64,000 nucleotides of DNA. Source: Camelus ferus (Eukaryota). Both the position numbers and the translations under genes were made by a program. Location of the stretch: assembly GCF_009834535.1 (NCBI RefSeq), contig NC_045696.1:46130001-46194000 (forward strand). The letters run 5' to 3'. Shown here in pieces: positions 26,501-37,363 of the stretch (position 1 is the first letter of the stretch; each line of letters begins with the position of its first letter). Below the pieces are notes generated by a model, which was given only the letters and a program-made list of their open reading frames with translations, was not told the DNA's origin and did not search any database.

Positions 26501-27224
26501 ATATTTGCTCTTCATAATTAGTTGGTCATTTGTTTTCGATTGTAAACCTGAACTCATACATGGTAGTTGTTAAAGTGGGGAAAAGTAAGTGTTTTATTAA
26601 TGTTAAATTTTTGTGACATTTTGCATTAAAAATATTTAAAGAGTGGACAAGATGACATTTCAGACTTACTTTTTTTCTCATTCCATGTGGGAGAGTGCCA
26701 AAATTTAATAGAATATGGTTAGAAGAAAATGTTTCAGAAGATTCTATATGTTTATCGTATAATAAAAATGTTTGAAAAATCTATGTTTAAAATCAAAAGC
26801 AGACATCTGTTGGAAGGCAGTTGAAAGTGAATATTAACAAGATCTAGGTGCAAAACCAAATTTGCCTTTGTGAGTCAATCCAACTACAAAAGCTGATCCA
26901 ATTATAATCTCTCTCTTAATACTCTTTAACACCAGTTACAGCCAAGTCAGTTCATCAAGAATCCACATCAGAGGGAAAGGTCATGACTAAAGATGAGTAC
27001 ATTCCCCATGCCATTCATCAATTCATTTAATGCATTAAAGTGGTTTCAATTGTAGAGTACTAAAAAATCTCATGTTAGAGATTTGTACTCAAATGTGAGA
27101 GTAGAGATGTACTTCGGGATGCTTTCCTATTTACATTTTCATTTATTTGCATTGCCTGTGTTGTGCCAAGTGATTGTCAATTTACAAAATGCAGCACCTA
27201 TAAATATATTTTAATTACTCATTT

Positions 27225-27340
27225 AGTCCAATCATTTAGTCAACAAATACTTACTGAGTAAATAGTAAACCAGGCTACTCTAAATTCTGAATATATAGCA
27301 ATGTATGAGACAGACAAGATCCCTGTTCTCTTGGAATGTA
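27225..27340 (-). mobile_element. L2 3' end
   Basis: catttagtcaacaaatacttactgag...agacagacaagatccctgttctcttgga. Confidence 0.65.
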
Positions 27341-27409
27341 TAACTCTTGTCTTAAAATAAACAAATAAATGCAGGAATGTGTTTTTTAGGAATTATGTTA
27401 AATGCTAAA

Positions 27410-27808
27410 GTGTGCTGTTTGCTCACACTCTTTTGTGAGTTCCTGGAAGTGTTAGCTGCCCATCTCATAGCCAAATCTCTCCCCAAGAATTGCCTTCTAT
27501 CAAAAAGGGACCCACCTCATCCAAGGTCACAATCACTGCCCTGGGGCAGCCTACATTGAATGTCTGGTTAATATAAAGTATAAAGACCTGTTCCCCCTGC
27601 ATCAATTTGTGGATAACTCTGAAGAGCAGTCTCAGATCCAGAGATTCTCAAAGGATCATCTGAAATTTCTGTTACAACTCCACACATAGTGGAATTTCTG
27701 TCTGTACTGAGTACTGCTTCCTGTACATCCTTAAAGGTACTGTTCCTGAGGGAACTCTCCACACAAATCTTCATCTCAGATTTGTTTCCAGGAAATTCAG
27801 CCTAAGAC
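27410..27808 (+). mobile_element. LTR16-like ERV-L LTR (5' LTR)
   Basis: gggacccacctcatccaaggtcac...; ends catctcagatttgtttccaggaaattcagcctaagac, followed by PBS-like ggtgccagaaatggtcctagg. Confidence 0.75.
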
Positions 27809-30089
27809 GGAGGTGCCAGAAATGGTCCTAGGAAGTAGACTCTAAGTTGAATTTTTGATCTGGATTACCTGCTAAAAGGTAGAAAAAAGCTAAAGTCAGC
27901 CTACTAACATTACAAGGGAAATGAAGCTTCAGAAAAGGTTGAACTCTAACCCTGGCAGCTCTGCCACACCAAAGAGAAGGCTTTAACCAAAAAGAAGTAC
28001 AACCCTAGGACTAGAAACATCTGGGTCCAAACACATTAGAACCCTGGCACTGAAATCTAGATAAACCTATGGGCCAGTAAATGTTTCACCTCTTCATGTT
28101 AAAGGCTAACCTGCCCCCTTGCTTGAAAATGATGCAGAGATCCATTCTCAAGAGACAACACATTACCTCTATGAATCTATCCCCACCTACCTCCTAGCCA
28201 CAAAACCCTAATTAGGGTCAAATCTCAGCATAATTCCCACCTGAGGAATTGTTGAGCCTGCTAAGAGAGGAAAAGGAACTATGCACTGGAAGAGTGCAAA
28301 GCAACCCGACAGAACTGTTAGGAGCTAGAAGAGTATACATGGGGCAGGAAAATGAGGTTGTTGGATGAAGGGATGCAAAATACAAAGATGGATAAGAGAG
28401 AGTTTATTGATAGGAGGGTACTCGCTTACAATACTGAATTTAACATCCTAGCAAAGACCATAGGAGATGTTACTAACATCTGTTAAGATGATGGCTCTTG
28501 GCAGCTGGAGGAAAGTTATGGCCCACATTACATGAAGTATACATGCTAGGTCTGCTGAAACAAACAGTGGACGTAGAAGAAAAGCTCAGAGAAATGAGCA
28601 AGCAACAATGAACATGTTTTTCAAGGCCTAACAACCTACAAGCCAATTCTATCCTATGGGAGGACCCAGAGAGCATTCCATTGATCAAAAAAATAAGAAA
28701 CATGTTGGTGAAAAGTGCCCTAGCATCACTGAAAAGCTCAGTTGTGGCTGTTCTCGTGGGCCATAACTAACAGTAGGAAATGTTATTACAGAACCAAGCC
28801 CTTAGTGCCAGTGAGGATGATAGGATCATGAAACAGCAGGGACCAGATGGTAGCACCTTAGTGACAGAAGCAAGGTGGTAATAACTGCCATAATGAACAA
28901 GCTTGCCCTTAAGGTAGGAAGGGCAGCCAGGCAGACCTGACTTGTAGGGTTCTACAGAGATGGCTTACAAAATATTTTAGTCACAGGTATAAGTGGGCAA
29001 CCAACAAAAACATTGCTAAATACATATAATCAAAAGTAATCAAGAGTGGATGAACAGAAGTATGGGGTCAGTCATCCCAATGAAAACCCATAACCCTATA
29101 TCCAGTTTCCAAACCAGAGCCAATTCTCAGGCCTAAAATCCATTGATTGAAAGATGGGCTGCATCCCTGTGAAGGAGAATCCTGCAACCACACCACAAAT
29201 GTTTATAATAGTGATCCTTCCACATCAGTGAAGATTTTAAGGGGCAGGTGGTCTGAGGCATAAAAGAACATCCATATTAAAGTGAAGGACAAATTATTGC
29301 ATCTTGTTCCTCCCAGCAATAAAAAGGAAGCATAAAGCTTGCTAGGCCTCTGAGTTTTGGAGGCAGCATATTCCATACCTGGGAATAGTGCTTCAACGTA
29401 TTTACTGGGCTACAAGGAAAGCTTCCAGCTTTCACTGGGGCCTGCATCAGGAAAGAGCCTACAGTAGTAGGTCCAGACTGCAGTGCAATCAGACATGCAG
29501 TGTGGGTCAAATGATCCAGCAGATCTTGGTTGCTAAAGTTATCAGTGATGGGAAAAGACAACAGGGGAGTTAGGGAGCCACAATGGAAAATTCACAACAT
29601 AGACACTCTAAGGCCTGGAGCAGGGCCATGCCATCTGCAGCAAACATGTATACACCATATGATAAACAGCTTCCAGTACGCTATCAGGCCCATGTAGTGA
29701 AAAGACATCTGACCATATGATATCAAGTGACCATGTGGTAAGAGAAACCCATCCTAAGCTGAATTCTGCCAGACCTATCAAGTCATGTGGTCAGGAAGTC
29801 CAGCTGCAATCAACTGTAAGATGAAAGTGTGATCAGTTATGACCAGTCACAAGCAGGGCCAGAGGGCACTAAAACTATGCCAATGGTGGCCCTGAACTCC
29901 ACATCATTTACCACTACTGTAATGGCAACTCTTTCTCAGCTCAGACCTATGTCACAATGTTAGTAGGTTAGGTTAGTAGGGTCCTTTGTGATCAACAGTA
30001 CAGGAGAAAAACAGCTGAGTTCGGTTGATGGATTGATGCAAGCTGAAAATGGACTGCAGGCGCACCACAGTCCACTCAGGAGTGACCTG

Positions 30090-30556
30090 TATGTTAGTAT
30101 GTTAGCAGCTAGGGCTGCTGTAACAAAGCACCACAAACTAGGTGGCTTAAAACAACACAAATATATTCTCTCACAGTTCTAGAGGATAGAAGTCCAAAAT
30201 CAAAGTGTTCTCAGGGCTATCCTCCCTCTTAAGGCTCTAGGAAAGAATCTTTCCTTGTCTCTTCTAGCTTCTGGTGATTGCTGGCAATTCTTGGCATTCC
30301 TTGGCTTGTGGCATCATAACTCTAATTTCTGCCTGTGTCTTCACATGGCCTCCTTCCCTTTGTCTGTCTCCAAATCTCCCCCTCCCTAAAAGAACAGTTG
30401 TCACTAGAATTTGGGTCCACCCTTGTCCAGTATGAGCTCATCTTAATGATTACATCTGCAAAGACCACATTTCCAAATAAGGTCACATTCACAGGTACCA
30501 GGGGTTAGGACTTCAATGTACCACTTGGCAGACTCAACTCAGTTCAACTCACAACA
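30090..30556 (-). mobile_element. MLT1 LTR nested in ERV-L pol
   Basis: ctagggctgctgtaacaaagcaccacaaactaggtggcttaaaacaac...ccaaataaggtcacattcacaggtaccaggggttaggacttca. Confidence 0.9.
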
Positions 30557-30622
30557 CCTTGAAAGACAGAAACAAGAGAAAATCTTCCCATTGGACATGC
30601 TTCAGATGGTGCACTTTGCCAT

Positions 30623-31139
30623 TGTATTACTCAGGGTTCTCCCGAGAAACAGAACAAATAAAATATATATAAGAGGAGATTTATTATTACAAGAATTGCC
30701 TTATATGGTTGTGGAGCTAAGAAGCCCCACAATATGCCATTTGCAAGCTGAAGAACCAGGAAAGCCGGTGGCATAATTCAGCCCAAGGCTTAAGGCCTGA
30801 GAATTTAGGAGTGGGAGTGGTGATGGTGAAAGTCCTGGTCCAAGTCCAAAAGTCCAGGAACTAGGAGTACCAATGTCCAATGTCCAAGAAGAGGAATTTC
30901 TTAGCTAAAACACAGAAAGCAAATTGGTACTTCCTCTGCCTTTTTGTTTTACTCAGACCCTCAGTGGATTGGATGATGCCCTCCCTCACTGGCGAGGGTG
31001 ATTGTCTTTACTCAGTATACAGATTCAAATGCTAATCTCCTCAAGAAACACCCTCACAGACAAACTCAGAAATTACGTTTTTGCAGATACTGGGGATCCC
31101 TTAGCCCAGTCAAGATGACACATAAAATTAACCATCATA
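30623..31139 (-). mobile_element. MLT2 LTR nested in ERV-L pol
   Basis: tgtattactcagggttctcccgagaaacagaac...gacacataaaattaaccatcata (reverse of TGTGATGGTTAAT start). Confidence 0.9.
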
Positions 31140-31624
31140 ATCATCTACTTAGGGTGTGAAAAGAGAAGCTAGGATTATACATAGACTCATATGCAGCGTT
31201 TAATTAATTGGCTGGCTGGACAGGTGTCTAGAAAGAACAAAACTGGAAGATCAGGAACAAAAGTTGTATGAGGGAAAGGCATGGGAGTGGTCTGTGGGAC
31301 ATTACACAATGAGGAATTACAAAGATTCAACACTTTGTCTCAACTGGGCAACAATTTTAAATGGCCATCATGCTCCAAATTACAGAAATAGAATGGATTT
31401 GGAGAGAAGAGGACTGCTTTGAGATGTTTCTGGAGGAGAGTATATACATAGGACTTGCCAGCACTCAGCACTTGGATGAGCACCAGGCATAGGGTAAGTG
31501 CTCCATAAATGTTGTAGCTGAGTAAATGACTCAAGTTTTGGGTCTTCCAGTTGGATAGATTGTGGTGCCATTTATTGAACTAGGGAAGTTTGGGGGAGAA
31601 ACTGCTTTGGTGAAGTGAAAGAGG

Positions 31625-32021
31625 AATCAGGATCGTTTTCTGCATCCTGAAGCCCTCTTTCTGAGGGCTCTCTCCAGTACCTCAAGAGCTGGCTGAGCCA
31701 CAAGCAGATTTAAACTAACATATTAGGCATACAACTCTCAACCAATGGGGAGTGTGAGACGGGGTGGATAAATGCCTCAGTTTCCCTGGCCCCTGTTGGA
31801 ACAATTCTGAAGCATGGTCCACATTTTTTTCTCAGAGAATCCCCAGTGGACTGAGCTCCATTTGACTATGGTGGTAATAGGCTCACTAACATATTCCTTG
31901 TTGGCTCTCCTCATTACCCTATCTCCCTTTCACCTACTTCCTCATTTTTGCTTCCTGGAATCAACTTCCAAATAAATGGCTGCCTCAGGCTTTGGTTTTA
32001 AAGGATACACAAACTAAGACA
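31625..32021 (+). mobile_element. Second LTR16-like LTR
   Basis: accaatggggagtgtgagacggggtggataaatgcc...ccaaataaa...aactaagaca end. Confidence 0.7.
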
Positions 32022-33364
32022 AATAATAATGATGGTAGTAGAATTTGAGTTTATAGATCACCTTTGCCTAAATTCTCTTCCTCTTCTTTCTGTCAAAGTT
32101 TTTCACATTCTTTAAAACCCAGTCCAAATTTCATCTCCTTCAAAAAACTTTCTCTGATCACATCACCCAAAGAGACCATCCTTTCTCTGCTATTTTCCTC
32201 TAGAAATGTTTTTTTGTTGAACAATTTAGAGTTAGTTTTCCACATGCTTATGTCATCATGGGCTCAAGACTCTAACCCTGCCCAGAAGTCCAGCAGGGCA
32301 CATCCCTAGACCTCAAAGCACTCTTCCACTCTCTGGACTTGTGTCCTTTGGTACTGGTATGAGTGGCTTTTTATTTCTATGGAGTGATGAATCTGGAGGT
32401 TTCAATTTGAATGTGGAGGAAGGATGACATTTAGGCCTATAATTTATACAGAAATGCTACACAGCCCAGCATACTTGAATTTTTCAAAAGAGACCAAAAA
32501 CTACAAATAATGATGACACACTACATGGTAGATTTTACCCTATGTGTATATCTTCAAGGATTTGAGGGCAGAAAAATTTGGTCAATGTCCCTCTTCTCCC
32601 TGAGAAGCCCTCAGGAATATACACAGTAAGATAGAACCAAACAAAACAGAACACCCATTTCTTGTTAGCTAGACCTGTTCCTAAAACCCCACTGTAAAGA
32701 GTTCTAGCTACCTGAGCTTGCCTTTCAGTGGCCTTAACCTCCAAACCCAAATCTCATGATATAATCACTTTCTTGCAAGCTACATGAAACACAGACTGGA
32801 AATGTGAACTCTATTGAAGTGTATATAAAAGAAGAAGAAAGAGAATCCAGGTGAACAGATCTTGTCATGTGGGAGTCACTCTGTGGAAAAAGGAAGTAGC
32901 AGGGCTCATCTCAATAGTCCACTTACTACTTCTGAAGCAGGGGCAAAATAGGAAGAGTCCATGTATGGGACCCAGGCATGGAACCTTGTAATGTACACTG
33001 ACCATGGTTTACCAGTAAACATGACACAATCAGAGTCCTTGTATATAACTATCCAGATTAATAATTTCTCTACTTGGGAGAAATTAAGAAAGAGAGGTGA
33101 AAGAAAAGAGCAGAAATCTTGAGTATCTGCCCTCTCCCAGAGAACTACACATCTCACATTACATCCACTGTCTCTATAAATACAATCCATCCTATTATGT
33201 CTTTTTTGTTTTTGGCTCAGAAAATAAATCGCCATATGTTTGTCTTCTCTTCCCAAGCACATTATAAAATTCTAAAGAGAAAGAATCATCTTCTGCTTTC
33301 TTTGTGGTTCTCCACAGTGCTGGGAGTGTGAAAGGAACAAATGAAATTCTCTAGACAATAATAA

Positions 33365-33575
33365 TTAGAGCAATTATATTAATTGATGGCTTTCAGTATG
33401 CTTGGTATTTTTAAGTGCTTTACACACACTAACTAATTTAATCCTCACAACAATTCTATAAGGAATATACTAGTAACATTCTCATTTTATAGATGAAGGA
33501 ATTGAGATTCAGGAAGTCCAGGTAACTCAACGCATACATCTAGAAAGTGAAAGAGCCAGGATATGAATTTTTATC
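33365..33575 (-). mobile_element. MIR SINE
   Basis: tttaatcctcacaacaattctataagg...ctcattttatagatgaaggaattgaga. Confidence 0.8.
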
Positions 33576-33654
33576 CTATACTGTATGAAAAAGGTAAAAT
33601 ATTTACAGAAGAAAAGAGGATGACGGGGAGGGGCAGTCTACAACATGGGAAGTA

Positions 33655-34270
33655 CATCAATCAGGGTTCAACCAGAAGAATAAAACCAGTAGCAGATATA
33701 TACATATACATGAAGAGGTTTTTGTTTGTTTTGTTTTGTTTTCTAAACAAGGAATTGACTGATGCAATTATGGAGGCTAGCTAAGTAAATCTGAAGTCAG
33801 TAGAACGGACAAGCAGGAAAGAAAGCTCCCAAGCAGGGTTAGAGCTTATGGGCACAGTTCAAAGTTTCTTGTCTATAGGTGGAAACCAGAACAAAAGATC
33901 CAGGGGAGAGGAAGAACAATTACAGACCCAGAAGCTATTTCTGGTCTCTCCCTCAGGGAAGACCTAAGCCCTCTTTTGAAGGCCTTTCAACTGATTAAGT
34001 TAAGTATACCTAGGAAAATGTTCATTTTGATTAATTCAAAGTCAACTGATTAGGGACCTTAATCACATTGACACAATCCCTTCACAGCAGAACCTAGATT
34101 AGTGTTTGGATGAATAACTGGGATAGGGTGGTGTAAGCTACAAAACTGCAGCCTTTCAGCTCTCCTAGGAGGACATCTCTTGTAGCCCATCCTAACCAGA
34201 AACATTAGAAAGGGAATTCTAGAGACTGTTGTTCATTCTAGCCAAGTTGACACATTCCAAAGCCACCAAG
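33655..34270 (-). mobile_element. MLT2-family (ERV-L) solo LTR
   Basis: tcagggttcaaccaga...caaagtcaactgattagggaccttaatcacat...ctagccaagttgacacat. Confidence 0.7.
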
Positions 34271-34378
34271 AGAGACAAGGGGATTCTATAAGATATAGGG
34301 CAGGGGAAAGGGGGAGGGACAGCCAAGACAATCCAAAGGCAAGAACACAGAATAGATGAAATACTTATGGCTTCTTTT

Positions 34379-34396
34379 AAAAAAGTAATTGAAGGG
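34379..34396 (+). repeat. 5' target-site duplication of the full-length L1 (partner 41472-41489)
   Basis: aaaaaagtaattgaaggg identical at both ends; preceded by tttt, giving a canonical TT/AAAA L1 endonuclease site. Confidence 0.97.
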
Positions 34397-36060
34397 TAAG
34401 GAGAAGATGGCGGAGTAGAAGGACGCTCGCAGGTCACCCTCTCCCACAAATACACCAAGACCCACATCTACAGACCCACTCAGCCAACTAGAGCACCTGT
34501 GGAACTCCGACAGAACATCGCCCTCTTCAAAAGATAAAGACGCCAAAAATCTGGTAGGAGAAAAGGAAAAAAGAAAGAACAAAAGGCAAAGCAGCGCAGG
34601 ACGGTCCCGTGGGGAGGGAGCGGCAAAGGAGGACTGGCGCTCGCTCGCTGGGTCTCCCCTCTCCAACTGAGAGGCCACCGGGACGGAGGGGGAGCCTCCC
34701 AGGCTCGGATCTGTACAGAGCAGCCCTTGACTAACAGAACTAAGTTAAACGGGCACAGAGCGTCCCCCCGACACCCAGCCTGAGAAGCGGGCCGGCAGCT
34801 GCGGGCAGGGCGAGGCTGCACAAGCCGGGCGGAGGACGGAAGTGGCTGCACGGAGGCAGCCCCGGGTGAACTCAAGGGGCTGCGCGCCGTGGCTGTGGGT
34901 GCACAGGGCAGAACAACCTGAGCCCTCCATAAAACAGCAAGGTTGATGTGCTCTCGGGGGAAGGGTGCACACCCCCATCTCTGAAAACCCGCGGAAAGTT
35001 TTCGGGCGAAGAGAGGCGGGGCTCAGGCACAGCCGCCATAACCTCCGCGCTGAGCACTCAGGCGGGGACGGGGGCGAAACCTGCATCCGCACCGAAGGGC
35101 TTAGCAGCCTCAAAGGCCAGACTGAGACTGGCCTGCAGCCCGGGGCAGATAGGATCCTTCCATCCTGGTCCCTCAGAGAACTTGCTCCACAAAGACAAAC
35201 AAGGAGCTGGGTTCTGGCTCAGAGCAGGGACACGGCTGTCCCTTGGTCTTCCCCGAGCCCACCCGCGGAGCGCCGACCAGGGCGGAGCGCGCAGCTGCAC
35301 AGAGCAGCGGAGCTACCGGCGGCGGCGCAGGTAGAGCGAGAGCGGCCCCCAGCCTTTCGGGCAGGAACACAGCCCCTGACCGAGGTGCTGGGAGGGGGCA
35401 CGACCCGCCCTCCTACCCGGCCAGTCTGCAACATCTGACTGCGGCATCCAGAGGGGCAGCGACCCGCCCGTCCACAGCAGAGAGCTGCACCTGACCCAGT
35501 GTTAGGAGGAGGCGCGATCTGCTTGCCGACAGGTGCTGGGAGCAGCACAGAAGAGGGCGCCAACGGAAGGCCTCTGAAAACAGCAAGCTGAGCTTCCAAA
35601 ACAGGACGAAGACAGAAAGACTTCACATTAAAAGCACACAGAATCCAGGAGAACACCGACAAAACCCCCCCCCCTTTTTTTTAATCTGTTTTTACCTGTT
35701 CTATTTTCTATTACTCTCTTAATCTTTACTTCTTAATTCATTTCTATTTCTCTTGGGTTTTGATGTCCTGCTATTGATTAGACACAGGTTTCAAATACAT
35801 CTATTCATCCCCCCCCCCTTTTTTGTAAAGGTTTCAAAAGGACGTCTCAACCCGATTAATACTCTGCTTCAACTCACTCTTCTATTATTCATTATACAGT
35901 TTTCAAACCCTTTCTCCCTTCTTTTAAAATTCTTTCTCTCTCTCTCTTATTTTTTTTCTTTTTTTCCTAAGTTCTATTCCTAAATAGGCATCAGATAGAT
36001 AAAATCCTTAAGGACCAAAATAAACAACTGATACTCCATAAACCACAGTGCCAAAGAGGT
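34397..36060 (+). promoter_or_regulatory. L1 5' UTR internal promoter / CpG island
   Basis: YY1-type motif aagatggcgg at 34404-34413; dense retained CpGs ~34590-35570; T-rich segment ~35680-35970. Confidence 0.85.
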
Positions 36061-36960
36061 ATGAGCAAGATGAAGAAGCAGAAAAACCTTTCCCAATTAA
36101 AAGAACAAGAGAAATCCCCTGAAAGAAAGATCAACGAAATAGACATCGATAGCCTACTAGATCAAGATTTCAAAAAAGGAGTGATCGAATTGCTGAAGGA
36201 ATTAAAAGAGATAGTGTTTAGAGAAATAAAATATGTCAAAAATGAAATTGAAACTATAAAGAAGAGCCAAGTAGAATGGGTAAACTCATTGACAGAGATG
36301 AGGAATGATCTAATAGCTGTGCAAAGCCGACTAGATAATGCAGAGGAACGAATTAGTGATCTAGAAGACAGGGCAATAGAAAGCACCCATTCAGAAGAAC
36401 TACAAGAGAAGCAAATAAAAAATAATGAAAATAGCGTAAGGGACCTATGGGATAATATAAAGCGTCCCAATCTTCGCATAATAGGGGTCCCAGAAGGAGA
36501 AGAAAGATCAAAGGGGATTGAAAAGGTTTTCGAAGAAATCATGACTGAAAACTTCCCAAACTTAAAGAAGGAATCAGATATCCGAGTACAGGAAGCTCAG
36601 AGGGTCCCAAACAGGAAGAACCCAAATAGACCCACACCAAGACATATAATCAAGATGGCCAGAGTCAAGGATAAAGAAATGATTCTAAAGGCAGCAAGAG
36701 AAAAGCAAAGAGTAAGTTACAAGGGAACCCCCATAAGGCTCTCAGCTGATTTCTCTACACAAACACTACAGGCCAGAAGGGAGTGGCAAGATATATTCAA
36801 AGCCCTGAATGAAAAAAAGATGCAGCCTAGGATCCTTTATCCAGCAAGGCTATCCTTGAGGATAGAAGGAGAAATAAAGAGTTTCACAGACAAAAAAAAG
36901 CTGCAGGAGTTTAGCAACACTAAACCCATGCTAAAAGAAATATTGAAAGGGCTATTCTAA
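36061..36960 (+). CDS. L1 ORF1p RNA-binding/chaperone protein, 299 aa, uninterrupted
   Basis: Coiled-coil region then LWDNIKRPNLRIIGVPE, TPRHII, ARREW, YPARLS motifs typical of ORF1p. Confidence 0.95.
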   Translation: MSKMKKQKNLSQLKEQEKSPERKINEIDIDSLLDQDFKKGVIELLKELKEIVFREIKYVKNEIETIKKSQVEWVNSLTEMRNDLIAVQSRLDNAEERISDLEDRAIESTHSEELQEKQIKNNENSVRDLWDNIKRPNLRIIGVPEGEERSKGIEKVFEEIMTENFPNLKKESDIRVQEAQRVPNRKNPNRPTPRHIIKMARVKDKEMILKAAREKQRVSYKGTPIRLSADFSTQTLQARREWQDIFKALNEKKMQPRILYPARLSLRIEGEIKSFTDKKKLQEFSNTKPMLKEILKGLF

Positions 36961-37363
36961 ATAGAAAAGCAGCAGGATGCTACAGAAATGAGAAACACAC
37001 AACTGGAAAGGTGATAACTCATGAATTACAAATAAAGTAAACATGAAATTATAAAAGAAGACATACAAATCACTGAGAGTGAGAGAGGGAGGCAGGGAAA
37101 TATAGAATTTTTTTTCTTTCTTTTTTAAATTCTTTTAACAGTAGGATGGGTTTGAGATCATGTTACTATCAGTTTAATAAAAACAGTTATAGTAATGGGT
37201 TGATAGATTTACAAAAAAGGGTAACCACAAGCCAAAAATTTACAAAGGAGTCACAAAAATTAAATAAAATCCATGATAATACAAAGGAAAACTACCAAAC
37301 CACAAAAGGAAGAAGAAAGGAACAAAGAGGAAATACCAATTCAACTGCAAAGTTAAGTTCAAA

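Larger units (their letters stand above)
27809..31300 (+). mobile_element. ERV-L (ERV3-16A3/ERVL-E-like) internal region, decayed gag-pol
   Basis: 29340-29760 reads FWRQHIPYLGIVLQRIYWATRKASSFHWG and WSRAMPSAANMYTPYDKQL, matching ERV-L RT connection/RNase H-like motifs; many stops and indels. Confidence 0.85.

Noticed and set aside
34286..35662. Many overlapping 60-157 aa ORFs on both strands, including ORF0-like antisense candidates
   Set aside because: Expected in a GC-rich, stop-poor L1 5' UTR; no recognisable domain or similarity to primate ORF0.
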